From positions 1 to 39,835 of the forward strand of contig JAUCBJ010002050.1 in assembly GCA_032718475.1 (NCBI GenBank): DNA of 39,835 bases. The letters are read 5' to 3'. The translations under genes were made by a program, and so were the position numbers. This document shows positions 23,892-36,024 of this stretch, piece after piece. The notes beneath the pieces were generated by a model. That model was given only the letters and a program-made list of their open reading frames with translations, was not told where the DNA came from and searched no databases. This stretch comes from Nemertoderma westbladi (Eukaryota > Animalia > Xenacoelomorpha). The stretch's first letter is position 1. The number at the start of each line of letters is the position of its first letter.

Positions 23892-26800
23892 TTATATTTT
23901 ATGTATTTTTGTTATAGAAGCCGTATTTTCGAAAACACTACATAGAAATGTAACATTATTATAAATATATTTAGAATATGAGAAGGGGGAGATGGATAAT
24001 TAAATAATTAGAGATTATATGCTTGGAGATACGCTAAATAATTGAGTTTGTGTTATTACATAACGCTATGAATGTCACATTTTATTGTGACGATAAATTA
24101 CAATTATTTGTAGTTAATATTTATTAACTATTATGCATACTTCTTCACCATTTCAAATCAAAACGTCACATGAGTAAGCGTTCTCTCAAATAAACAGTAT
24201 AAAGCTGCTTTACTTGGCAGGTATCTACTACGGTACCTCATAAAGGTATAATATTATGGTGTAGTAGATACCTGTCAAAATATTACTTCCAGAACATTAC
24301 AAACAATAAAATGTGGGAGAAGGGTAAAACAGTCAGACATCCTCGCAAACACAACCTATAGGCCTACTGTAGTTCAGTTGGTACTTTTAGATCGCTGCAA
24401 AGAATCAACTCTAAATAATTTAAAATGGGCCGAAATTAAAGCATTACAAACAACGAAATGGGAGCATGATTTGATTTTCGAACAGTTGTCGCCTCCTAAC
24501 GGCAGACTGGGGAACTGCAGACTGTTGAGCGTCCTTCCTAAACACACAGACTATGCTGTAATAAAACCCTCCCAAGAACCAGCAAAAAAAAACATTTCAA
24601 ACAAAGAAATGGGAGAAGGTTTTCACTTTCAGATATTTCGCCCCCTAGCGGCAGACTGGATAACTGCATACTTCTGAGCGTCCTCCCAAACACGCAGCCT
24701 ATTATGGTCAGGTACATATTTGCAGAATGTCAGTTAGAACAGTTTGAGTCTGATGGTTCAACTGCTGTTATACAGTTTCCTACCAGCTGAAATAGTTTGG
24801 CCGAAACCGGGACAGGCCCGGGTTTTAGACAGTCCCGATTCTAAGGCCCCTGGCATGATCGGCTACTCTGTCCATATAGCCTCTGGGCTCGAAAAATAGA
24901 CATAAACCGAAAAACGCCATAGGCGCAATAATAAAAACAGCAGCTGCTGTATATATGGAAATTTAGAAGAGGGCCTCGTATTGCTATTCAATGGATTGGC
25001 CCAAACTGCAGAGAAATATATTACTTGCCAAGTTTTACAGTAAGCAAACAGAAACTATTAGTTTGCAATGTATTGCCCCGTCAGCTGGTAGCTCTCCCCA
25101 GTGAATCCTATGTGAATATCCAAACAATAAACCAACTACTAATAATTGTGGCGGTGTATTTAATTTTAATTAATGCGACATTGACCTCTTTATGCAATGC
25201 TTAGACAAACTATACTATAGAATATTACACTATATTATATACAATACAATACATAGACGTACACCCAGAGGACTGGCCAGAAGTATAGCCAGAGTGATAG
25301 TATGAATGACCTCATTCATTGATTAGAATTAATAATAGAGACTCAAATAGATCAGTGCTGTAAGTACAAATAGTAAATTATATTGCCAATTTACCAACTT
25401 GCAGGGGAGGAGTAGTCGTACTTTTGCGTTATTATAGTAGTAGAGATAGTGATATGGGACATTTAAACAAATTTGGGTTGACTTTACGAAATGGTTGCAC
25501 TCGTTTTTTAGGGGGTCTTAAACATAGCAACGGAGTGCCATAGCAAAAACTCGTACAGTAGATATGACGAGTTGAAATTTAAGAAAGATTACTATTTTGG
25601 ATATGAAGAATTTAATGGCATATTTAGTATGTTGAAAATACCATAGCAACCAAGTAAAAACGACCTTCAAAGTTAGAAGTAGTAGTAGTAGTAATATGTC
25701 CAAGTCTAAGGAACAATATGCACTACTTGCTTGCTTGCTGTTACCATGGCAACGTGTAACTTTGGCTAGAAACGGGCTATATATTAGCCATAGCGTCATT
25801 AAAATCAACCTCCACCCCCCACTATATTGAGTATAACGAATAATATGCAATAAGTTTCAATTTCTAGATGCCATGGCAACTTGTCAGAATTGTTAACAAA
25901 TGCCAGCAGAATACTACTGCTGTTGGCTAGAGAGATACGATTGCCTGAATCCAAAACGTAACAAACAGATCTACTAAACAGTCTGCCAACAAACAAAAGC
26001 GACTCCTAAACTAATAACTCCTAACTAGCGCAGCGAATCCTAAACTAACACCGCTGACGGGCCGGCTATGTCCGTAATTATATTATAAGGGGCGTAATAA
26101 TTATATGGGGCGGTGTGATTTATATGGGGTGTGGGTTTGCTAGCTAAATACTAGCAGGCTATTCAGCTGACAAAAATCCTAGTCTTTATATAATAATACA
26201 AAATAAAACAATACAATGTTCTAGAACGCGTGTGTGTGTCAATTTAAATCGAACAAAAGGCAGTACAAAATAATATTGAACAGTTTACGTAAAAAAATAT
26301 ACACCTTTTTTTACTATGGGTTGGTGGCTGGTAGGGCGAAAAATTGGGTGTTAGATTGCTAGAATTGCCTTCTGTACGTGTAGGTTTAATACTCACAAAT
26401 CGGTTGGTTTAAAAACATAACTCTACAATGGAGCGTTTAATATCTGAATGGGTCATGAGCGCCTCAGAATCTATTTATAGAGTTGGGCGCTATATAAATA
26501 ATAGTTTATTATTATTATTATTATTAAATGCTGAGGACTCTCCTTCGTATTTGGGATTGAATCGGGCATGCAAGGTGTTAGTAACTACGCCTGAATTCGG
26601 CAACCTGTCCAGACTATAATTATGAAGGATAGTGTAGTGCTGTTATTTACTACTGTACTGATAGCTAGCCTGGTTTCTAATCTAGAATTTTGCGGTCTAG
26701 GTGTTACGGCGGCAGCTCCTATCAGTACTTTGGAAAAGGACACCATATAGTGTTAGTATAACCATCTTAGTCCTAATGAATGTTTTACACCAAAGTAGCT

Positions 26801-27083
26801 GTAAACTGCCCTCTGTCTAGTTAAAATAAACGAATTCAGGCAGAACAGATGGCAGCCTACAGCCTACAAAAACAATTTGCTGTTAAAATAGCCACAAAAT
26901 ACGCCGTCGAATACTTAAACAAAATACCGCTAAATACGCCCTTGGCCCCTGTAGGAGTATGAAGGTCAACTGTAGGATTTTCTACCTGATCTGATCACAA
27001 TCCTCCTTGAGTGAATGATCCAATATTTCAACGTGGCGATTGGCAACGAATGGCTTGAACTGAACTTTGGCATTGTTGAGGTA

Positions 27084-27828
27084 CTACTACTACTAGGATC
27101 GGCATGCTGCATTGCAGCTGCATTTTTAAGAATGCTGTGCCGGCTTGTCAACAAAATTGCACCGCCACAACTCCCTATCACCCATGACATTTGCTAGATC
27201 ATCCGCATCTTTAAGGCCAGTGTCCTTTAAGATGCGTCTCAAGAAAGTCATGGGCTGTCCACCATGCTTATTCACTCCATGAGGCTGCCAAAGTACAAGA
27301 TTGTGCACTGGCTGGTCCTCACGGCGAAAGCAATGTCCTGCAAAGCGGAGGCGATTTTGTTCTAGTGTCAAGCTTGGGGGAACCAATAAGACACCTCCAA
27401 TGTTATATAGTGTCTGGTTGGAGATGTGTGCATTGTACTTGACACAATGTACCCGGCGTAGCATTCTTGTGAATGTGCCATCCAGAGATTTGGTGTCCTC
27501 AGCAGTTAGAGCCCAGCATGGACTCCCGTAGAGGAGTACTGGAACTACTGCTGCTCTAAATAATCGGACCTTAAGTTTCCGATTAATTCTAGGTGACTTC
27601 CAAATCCTGGAAAGCCTATTCAAGGCTGCCCATGCCTTTCCCTTACGTATTCGAAGGTCCTCACCTGACTTCCGGATCCATGATCCCAGGTAACAGAAGT
27701 CGTCCACATGCTCAAGCATACCATCCTTTGAGCTTATGCTCATCCGATCAGAGACTTGCTGAGGACTTTCAAAGTTAACTGTCAGAATTTTGGTCTTTCT
27801 GGAGTTAATAAAAAGACCAACACTAGAA
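27084..27828 (-). mobile_element. 5'-truncated RTE-clade LINE, copy-B specific
   Basis: 14-bp TSD GCATTGTTGAGGTA (27070-27083, 27829-27842) and a (TAG)n tail. Encodes GLFINSRKTK, DFCYLGSWI, LKVRLFRAAVVPVLLYGS and RLRFAGHCFR, typical of an RTE ORF C-terminus. Frame is intact to the stop at 27126. Confidence 0.9.
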
Positions 27829-28004
27829 GCATTGTTGAGGTAGAATAATACCGAAGTAGCATCAGTCCAATATGTGACTTTCAGACTGGCCTCGAACTCA
27901 CGCTGAACTAACTGAGCAATGGTTGTCACTAATGTCACTGCCTGTAACCCTGCCCACGGTATCGTCATGTTCTTCTTAAACATTGTCTCACCTAAACATA
28001 AACA

Positions 28005-29330
28005 CCATAAACACATTATATAATCAGGATTACGACTCTAACCTTTCTGAGGTCAATGATGAGATTCGATCAGAGTTATGCCACTGTAATGTTTTGAGCA
28101 GTAAAATAACTCCTGAGTTAGTTAGTACATGATGCTTTGCACAAACTACACGACGGTAAATCAGATGTAAACCAGACCTTTGACTCCGGAGTTCTAATAA
28201 ACTGCGGTCCCTTATTTGAACAATGTTTGGCTGAATTATTCAATTCTTTTCTTATCCATGGTTTCGTTTCTAAGTGTTTACTTCTCGTAGCGTTTGTCCC
28301 CTTAGTCAAGAATAAATTGTCTGACCTCACTGATATATTAAATTACCGTGCCATTGCGATATCTTCTCTACTCATCAAGGCCTTTGAATGGGTGCTGCTG
28401 TTGAGTCAAGGTAGTAAGTTGAAGTTCGATGTTTGGATTTCGTCCCGGTTCAAGCACTGTTATGTGTTCATGGACAGCTGTTGAAGTGATAAAGTATTAT
28501 TCCCGAAATTCAACGCCAGTGTTTGGATGTTTACTGGACCTTATAAAAGCATTTGATCTTGTCGAATGGAATAAGTTATTTATAGAACTGTTAAAGTTTT
28601 AAAGGGGTTTGTCCATTATTTGTTAGGTGTTTGGTTTGGATCTATGTAAACCAATCCTGTTATGTTCGATGGAATAATATATCATCTAGTAAATTTGGGG
28701 TGGCTAATGGTGTTCGTCAAGGTTCAATATCACATACATACATATTACACGTTCTACATTATTTTGTGTTATTTTAAATTTACTTATTTTCAAGTTGAGA
28801 TCATCAAAAGTTGGTTGCCATATCGGTTCATATTACTTTGGTGCACTTGTTTATGCTATTCTACTATTATGTCCCTATTTTACTGAATTAAAATTTATGG
28901 TCGATATCTGTAAGAACTTTTGTAAACATTATCATTTACGTCTTAGTACTGATCCAGATCCTAAAAAATGTAAAACAAAATGTATTCCGTTTAACTTTAA
29001 TTGGTGACCTCGTACATGTAGAATAGTTGTTAATGACATATTATTACCATGGGGTTAAAGAGGCTGTGCACTTAGGGAATCTTTCAATTATAAATAACAA
29101 TAGGTTGTGCATACGGTTTTTAGGTTATCTAACCATGTTTGTTTGTCATTCTCAATCGGGCACGAATTGTAGGCGCATTGCTAATGATTGTTAACTATTT
29201 AATTTAAATAGCGTCACTCCAGCCTTGGCAAACCAGTTGTCGTACATTGAAACGCTTGTTAATCATAAGTGGAGAACTCCAGTTTGTAAGGAATTATCTT
29301 TAGCTATTATAGAACTCTTGTCAATCCCAG
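28005..29330 (+). pseudogene. Same decayed LINE (copy B), with an internal ~320-bp deletion
   Basis: Retains NYRAIAISSLLIKAFE, which A has partly lost. Lacks the segment equivalent to A ~15848-16167 (junction AATCTTT|CAATT at ~29084). Confidence 0.8.
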
Positions 29331-30202
29331 GGTTCACCAAGGATGAGTTGATCGCAATGCGTAACTTTGTCTCGTCGTATTAAATTATATTTAACATTAT
29401 TTCTACGAATTATTTTTATTATTCGAAGATGAAGCAGATACAACAGCACCTCCACCAGAAAATCTAATAAGCGAGTCTGACTGAATTTGAACCATATTCG
29501 ATGACGGACCAGATACAACAGCACTGCCACAGGAAACTCTTCTAACTGACACTACTTCATTCTAACCATATTCGAAATATTTTGTAGTTTGTTCTAGTAA
29601 CACTTTCACCTCCTTTGTATTTATAGAGAATATAGAGCATTGTCTTTTACCTTCACTATTGTGCCACATTCACGTGATGATTTGTCATTGTGACAAATAA
29701 AGGTGTCACTTTTCACCAAGCATTCCATTTTTAAATACCTTTAATTCAATACATTCAATACACACATAATTTTGTTTGATTTGAATTAATTACAATAAAT
29801 GAAGTAAAAATGCAGAATACATTCCGCAATAATACAAATATTCTGTTACATAAAGTAGTTAGTTATCTTATTAATTAAAATACATAACCTACACTACTGA
29901 CAGACTGATGAACACAGAATGCAAAAAAAAATGAGACAAAAATAATCACTGAATTAACGTACTAATATGTAATGGTAATCAATGAATGAATGTATGAATA
30001 GGTAGTTTTGAGTCACCTTGGCCTGACTCAGTACTGCTGTACTACAGTACATAATGGTATGTATGTTTCTCTGGTTTTGTCCTGTACACACATAAAACAG
30101 TCCTTGGACTACCCAACTAGCCTCACTGGACTACAAGTATCTATAGAATAGACTAGAGCTACTGGTAGGCCTACATCTTCTGAATTGCTGCTACAGTATG
30201 TT

Positions 30203-32887
30203 ATAGATAGATAGATAGATTTATTTATACATTATGTAAAAACAATAACAAATACACCAAACAATGTACCGGTATAAAGGTATTGTCCAACATAACATAT
30301 AGGATTACCCCTAAAGCTTTGCAGCTTATTTCCAAGGGGGTCCTTTATGTTACTTGGTTACAAATACAATATTACACTACGCTAACCTAAAACCAATATA
30401 AAACGTAATTACACTATGTACATGTACAACTTTACCGAGAGCGTGACAATGCCCGACTCAACGATAAAGATGTAATGTACAGAACAATTTATTATAAAAC
30501 GTAATTACAGTATAAATAGTAAATAATTAATAAACTAATAACTTACTGTAGGACTATTGTACCTATTTTTACATTGCACACGGAGATGAGATTTAACTGC
30601 AGATTTAAAAGAATGTTGATTATTTAGGTTTTTAATTTCATTAGGCAGAGCGTTCCAATTTTTTATGCCGTTAAAAATGAAAGTATCAGATTCAAAGGAT
30701 TTACAATTCGGGAGGTAGAAGTTTGAAGCACTAGCTCTGGTACTGTAAGAGTGTGTATCGCGTACTCTGTTGAATTTTTGTTTTAGGTAATTGGGACATT
30801 TACCATTATACACTTTATGCACATGGTTAAGGCGTAGCTGCTTAACTCTACTATCTAAGTTAAGTAGTCCAGATTCAGAAAAGTCATCTGGAGTTAGGTG
30901 GTGCCTAGGTTTGTAGTCTTTAATAAATCGTACTACTTTATTCTGAGCTACTTGTAATTTACATTTAAGCTGTTTGGTTAAGCCTTCATACCAAGAAGAG
31001 CACGCATAGTCCATGTGACACTGTATTAAAGAAGAGCAAAGTAACTTGCGGGAGTCGGTGTTCAAACTATTTTTATTTCTGTATAGAAACCTAAGCCTAC
31101 TGTTAACTTTCGAGAAAATATTTTTCACTGTACTTTCTCCGGATAAGCAGTTATCCAATGTGGCGCCTAAATATTTAACTTCCTTTTTATTTTCAATCTT
31201 ATGTCCATTACTAGTGACTTCAAACTTAGTTACCTTCTTTAACTTTCTTTTGGAACCAAACAAAATACTTTCAGTTTTACCGTAGTGAATGGATAGCTTA
31301 TTATCAACCAACCACTCATTACAGGATTCTAGAACTGCACTTAACTTTTGGGAAATATGGATAGGATCTTTATGAGAGAAAATAAGAGCACTGTCGTCGG
31401 CATATAAAATGAGTTTAAAATCGGGATCTATACTACTTATCATATCATTTACATAGCATACAAAAAGCAGAGGACCTAATATACTACCTTGCGGTACACC
31501 ACAGGTAATCTCTTGTACAGTAGACAGCGATTTGCTAATGACTACAGTTTGACCTCTGTCTGACAGGTAGGACTTGAACCAGTCTATAGAACCTACACCC
31601 ATCAGGCCTAACTTACCAAGCAGAATTTCGTGATCTACAGTATCGAAAGCCTTTTGTAGGTCCAACATTACCATACCAGTATATAAACCCTTTGCGTTAT
31701 TACATCTAATTGTATCAGTTAAGTTAATAAGGCAGGTGTCTGTAGAATATGAATTACGAAAACCGGACTGAAGTTCATAGATCAGATTTAGCCTACTAAG
31801 ATGTGCCTCCAGCTGTAGAAAAACAGAACGTTCTAGAATTTTAGATACAATACTTAAGATACTAACAGGTCTGTAATTACAGGGTTCTACTTTACTATTC
31901 TTTTTATACAGAGGAACAACCTTAGCTAATTTCAGTTCGTCTGGTACTACATTATCTACGATAGAGTAATTAATAATAAAAGTAATAGGCACTTTAAGTA
32001 CTTCAGCACCATCCTTAAGAAAACGGGCAGGTATTAGATCTAGACCGGTACTTTTTGAGGCTGATAGGCTAAGTAGATTTTTAAAAACGAAATCCTCAGA
32101 AACGGGTTTTAAAAATAACTTTTCTGAATTTTGTAACTTTTCTAAATAAAAATTATTTAGAGTTTCGGACCCTATACTATATTTATTACTTGATAACGGT
32201 AATTTCTTAACTAAATTAGAGGCAACATTAGTAAAATAATTATTAAATAAATTACTAACTAGAGTATGATCATGAATCAGCTCACCGTTATCTTGCAGAA
32301 CAATATTCGATTTAGATTTAAGGTTTTTATAACCTAAAGATTTTAGGGTAGACCATAGACTTTTAGGATTATCTTTATTCTCACTTATTTTGTTGTACAA
32401 ATATTCAGATTTAGCTTTTTTTATTTCCCGTTGGACAAGGTTTCTATATTTGCAGTAATTATTATAATCAGCTAAAACACGGTATTTCCTAAATTTATAC
32501 AAATAGTTATCTCTTTCTCTGATATTACTAAGAATACCCGAGGTCATCCAGGGCTCAGTGCGTTGTTTAAGACTAATTTCTTTAATTGGTGCTACAGTAT
32601 TAAGTGCCTTTAAAAATATATCTTTAAAAACAGTGTACGCAAGGTTAATGTCAGCGGCCTTAAAACAGGGTTCCCAGTCAGAATTAACTAACAAACTTAA
32701 AAAGCGTTCCTTGCTGTAATTTTTCATAGACCTAACTGTTACTGTTTTATGATCCCCGAAAAAAGATTTTTGTGTCTTTCTTGTGCAAAAAACTATAAAA
32801 TGATCGCTTAGACCTATAGGTAAAACCCCAGATTGAGAAATAATATCGGTATTATTACAAAGGATGTGATCTAGTAAAGTAGAAGTT
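30203..32887 (-). mobile_element. 5'-truncated CR1/L2-group (Crack-like) LINE, copy-B specific
   Basis: TGTT duplicated at 30199-30202 and 32888-32891; the empty site in A is GTATGTTGACCAG (~17306-17318). AATAAA plus (TCTA)n tail. 3' UTR motif GGACCCCTTGGAAATAAG...GGGGTAATCC. Confidence 0.93.
30535..32886 (-). CDS. LINE ORF2 (end of AP endonuclease plus complete RT), uninterrupted but 5'-truncated
   Basis: The frame is open from the insertion edge (TSTLLDHIL...GLSDH) into the listed 730-aa ORF, with [35 protein letters not shown] and YADD. Confidence 0.92.
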   Translation of the reverse strand, partial: TSTLLDHILCNNTDIISQSGVLPIGLSDHFIVFCTRKTQKSFFGDHKTVTVRSMKNYSKERFLSLLVNSDWEPCFKAADINLAYTVFKDIFLKALNTVAPIKEISLKQRTEPWMTSGILSNIRERDNYLYKFRKYRVLADYNNYCKYRNLVQREIKKAKSEYLYNKISENKDNPKSLWSTLKSLGYKNLKSKSNIVLQDNGELIHDHTLVSNLFNNYFTNVASNLVKKLPLSSNKYSIGSETLNNFYLEKLQNSEKLFLKPVSEDFVFKNLLSLSASKSTGLDLIPARFLKDGAEVLKVPITFIINYSIVDNVVPDELKLAKVVPLYKKNSKVEPCNYRPVSILSIVSKILERSVFLQLEAHLSRLNLIYELQSGFRNSYSTDTCLINLTDTIRCNNAKGLYTGMVMLDLQKAFDTVDHEILLGKLGLMGVGSIDWFKSYLSDRGQTVVISKSLSTVQEITCGVPQGSILGPLLFVCYVNDMISSIDPDFKLILYADDSALIFSHKDPIHISQKLSAVLESCNEWLVDNKLSIHYGKTESILFGSKRKLKKVTKFEVTSNGHKIENKKEVKYLGATLDNCLSGESTVKNIFSKVNSRLRFLYRNKNSLNTDSRKLLCSSLIQCHMDYACSSWYEGLTKQLKCKLQVAQNKVVRFIKDYKPRHHLTPDDFSESGLLNLDSRVKQLRLNHVHKVYNGKCPNYLKQKFNRVRDTHSYSTRASASNFYLPNCKSFESDTFIFNGIKNWNALPNEIKNLNNQHSFKSAVKSHLRVQCKNRYNSPTVSY

Positions 32888-33503
32888 TGTTGACCAGACC
32901 GCTACTGAAAAAAACACTTGTCTACCAGATGGACTTATTAGTACATTTGGATTTATTGCTTTGGTACTAAGTCAATTTTCTTTCAATGCTATTTTATAAT
33001 ATTTTTAAAATTGCTACACAATGTCTTTTATGTCTGAACTTTAAACTTTAAATTAATTTTAGGAGTTATTAAAGCGGGAACATGGTAAGTTTGGATTTCT
33101 GATATAGAGGTATTCATTCTGCAATGAATCTTTCAAAAGTCAATATTGGCAGTCAATTTTACATTTAGAGGGAAAGGACACATTCCATTTAGCAAATTCA
33201 CCACAATTATTACCTCTATTAATAAATTTGGCAACACCATTTACATATTCATGGAGGTTTGTTTTCTGGTTTTATGAAATCTCTGGTTGATAAAGGGTTA
33301 AAGCTGAGGGATATTTATAAGACATCCATTTCGGGAACATGCTTGAAACTTATTAAAACCAAATCCAGCATTTTAGGAAAATATACAATATTACATTAAA
33401 TAGCTTGGCAAGGGTTTGACATCATACTGTGGCTACAGTAATTGCAAGAAACCTATTGGCCGATTTTAACAACCAACATGGAAGGACAAGATGCACAAAG
33501 TAT

Positions 33504-33798
33504 TCCAAGGTAAAGGTTTCACCTTGGTGTAGTGGTCGCATTGAATTCACATCTCCCGTAGGTCGTGGCTACGATCCTCACATGGGCCAGGGCAGTTTTC
33601 GTTTCGGCACGAATGCTTTAAAGGACCAGCCAGGGCGCATCTCTGCCTTGCATCCTTAAGTGGTAGCTAAATGAGTACTGGAGTTTCCTCTGGAGAGTAA
33701 AGTTCTGGGGGGACCGCACTGGAAATAAGTCGTCGTCAGACTTTGTGTGTAATCTCTGGACTAGCGGCCGAAGAAAATTCACTTTTACTTTACTTTTT
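33504..33798 (+). mobile_element. tRNA-derived SINE with Nin-like core and LINE-like 3' end
   Basis: A box TGGTGTAGTGG, degenerate B box GGCTACGATCC, core CTGCCTTGCATCCTTAAGTGGTAGCTAAATGAGTAC and a (TTTTAC)n-like tail. TSD ACAAAGTAT at 33495-33503 and 33799-33807. Confidence 0.8.
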
Positions 33799-34112
33799 AC
33801 AAAGTATGATGACATGGAAAAAATGAGAAATATTATTCAAACATCTGGAAGAAAATAGTTATAAAACTGGTTCAGTGACAGTTCAATAGTTATCAGTGGC
33901 TAGTGGTTGTACATATTACCTCTTGGTTGGCTCTCAGACTCAGACAAGAGAGCCTCTCACTAAGGAAATATATTGAATACTAGATTTAGAGGCTATACAA
34001 AGGGCAAGCCCCAAAATCCATTTTTTCACTTTTCTAAAAGAAACCACATCTGCACTGGCTCTTTGAGGTGGTGCAGAGGTGGTTGCAGAATAACACATTT
34101 GAAGGGACTTAC

Positions 34113-34260
34113 ATAATAAAAGCTCCCTCCACCCAAGGACCATAGTCGGACAGCACTAGCCGCCGGTATGCGGGCGTAGTATGCGGGCATGTGGTTTGCA
34201 GCTTGACCGGCGGCTAGTGCTGTCCGACTATGGTCCTTGGGTGGAGGGAGCTTTTATTAT
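34113..34260. repeat. Perfect 55-bp inverted repeat with 38-bp spacer
   Basis: 34113-34167 is the exact reverse complement of 34206-34260. Confidence 0.95.
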
Positions 34261-34299
34261 ATAATTAACTATGTAACGTGTAAATATTATTTAATTTGA

Positions 34300-34338
34300 T
34301 ACCTTGATAAAGGGCCGAGTGCCAGAAATCGATCGGTA
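34300..34338 (+). ncRNA. Variant minimal type I hammerhead ribozyme-like motif (Penelope pseudo-LTR type)
   Basis: TACC-TTGATAA-A-G-GGC-CGAGT-GCC-A-GAAA-TCGAT-C-GGTA: stem I TACC/GGTA, core with the compensatory C3U/G8A change, palindromic ATCGAT stem III. There is a G-A mismatch at the base of stem II. Confidence 0.65.
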
Positions 34339-34614
34339 AACTCTAATCTTGTTTAGTATTCAGGGTATCCCCAGCGGTTAATTATAATTCTTACGATGAT
34401 CAACCAACCCCTAAAGTCGGCATGCCGTACCATCTCAACATTTGAAGGGGACATATTTGTATCAATAGTTGCACTCTCCTTGTATTGGTATTGTACTAAA
34501 CGAAACCCAAACCCCTGGACTGGTAACACAAAAAAACAGGCTGTGAATGGTTGTGGTTATCATGATAATGTTGATACCAGATCACTTTCTTCACCTCCTT
34601 CAAAAATATAAAAT

Positions 34615-35040
34615 ATGCCAAGATTCCGCTTAAACGAATTCAAATCACGGAAAGGGGAGAAGGTGTAAAATAATGGAATGTTTCAAGGATTTCACTTTCA
34701 GATATTTCTCCTTCTAGCGGCAGACTAGAGAACTACAGACAGATTAGCACCCTTTGAATAACACAGCTAATGATCTAGTACAAATCTGCCAATTTTCAGC
34801 TTGAACGGATTAAAAGTAAAGAAGTGGGAGGACATTTAATGTTTAGACATGTAGCCCTCTAGTGGGAGACTGATGAACTGATGGTTTCTATATATCTCTA
34901 AAAAATCTTATATTTTGGACTTATTGATCAAAATGGTAACACCAACAACAATGACGACAATGCCAACAACTATTTTCCAATATTTACCCATCCCTCTAAC
35001 AGAACCACTCTGACAACTTTGTGGCTCGCCCCTAAAATAA
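34615..35040. repeat. Independent, diverged copy of the CTCF-motif repeat family
   Basis: TTCACTTTCAGATATTTCTCCTTCTAGCGGCAGACTAGAGAACTACAG (~34691-34738), a second unit at ~34853, and the same terminal block CAAAATGGTA...AACTATTT...GTGGCTCGCCCC as 2811-2930. Confidence 0.7.
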
Positions 35041-36024
35041 TAACTTATTTTAATGTTATACTCTAATATATTCCTGGTGAATCAGCACAAACCTGTACTG
35101 TTGAGGACAAAACATGTGTTCAGGTTGATTATCTAATGCAACTAAGGATATATCATACATTATACATCTCGATTAATTGCTACTCCTATTTAAATTATAT
35201 TATTATTTTGATTTCATGACATTCATCAATGAGAATGTTGTAGAAAAGCGCAGAATAAATGGCATTCATTTTTCCTAAAATTTAAATTTTGTTCCTTACA
35301 CAGGTGGTCCGATGGCCCCTGTAACCGCTGATAGTTTCCAATACTAATATATGTAAGTTAAATTAATGAGGTCGGAAAACGGACTGATTTGTTTGAAGAT
35401 TGGGTGCCTGGGCATATAACAAGGTGCAAATTTGTTTACACAACATACAAAGTATGCCAGTCGCTCCCAATTTCAATTTTAATTATTTGACTTTATGAAG
35501 GTTTTTGCAAGTACAATTGATATTAAGGTAAGTTTATAGGTATGGATGGCCATCACTTGGAACGAAGCAGTAACAATGCTTGTAGACCTTTCTCCAACTT
35601 TAAAACACCCAGTCCCGGGACATACTGCACTTGTTTCTGTCATTGCGTATCGTCCGTTCTCTTGTAAGTGGGAATGTGTTGATAATAACATCGTCAAACA
35701 ATTCAAGCAAGTAATCTCGTCACGGCTGCTGTTTGGTTTATGTTGGTTTTACCAACCTAATGGTAAGATTTTTACTTCTTTCTTGACCCAATAAATAAAT
35801 AAATTAAATAATCATTTATACCTCAACCTTTTATCGTTTATAATGAACATAATGGTGAAATAAAGTTAGGTTTATTGTTTTGGATAGAAAACATAGACCC
35901 TGTAACCTGCTCCTCCCTTAATGCCACATTTCCCTATATATTAACCTTTTAACAAACTAAACACAAATAGTTGGAGTTTCTGGCCATTTTGCACTATTAA
36001 CTCTTTGAATTAGGACTATAAAAG

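Larger units (their letters stand above)
17676..33261 (+). repeat. Tandem segmental duplication, copy B
   Basis: Junction GGAGGTTT-G-CTGGGGTAATTTGG joins the end of the unit to its start with one shared G. Copy B ends at ATGGAGGTTTG (33261), after which unique sequence resumes. Confidence 0.95.

Noticed and set aside
35479-35794. Overlapping short ORFs, possibly a decayed coding relic
   Set aside because: No recognisable motif, and the most protein-like frame contains stops.
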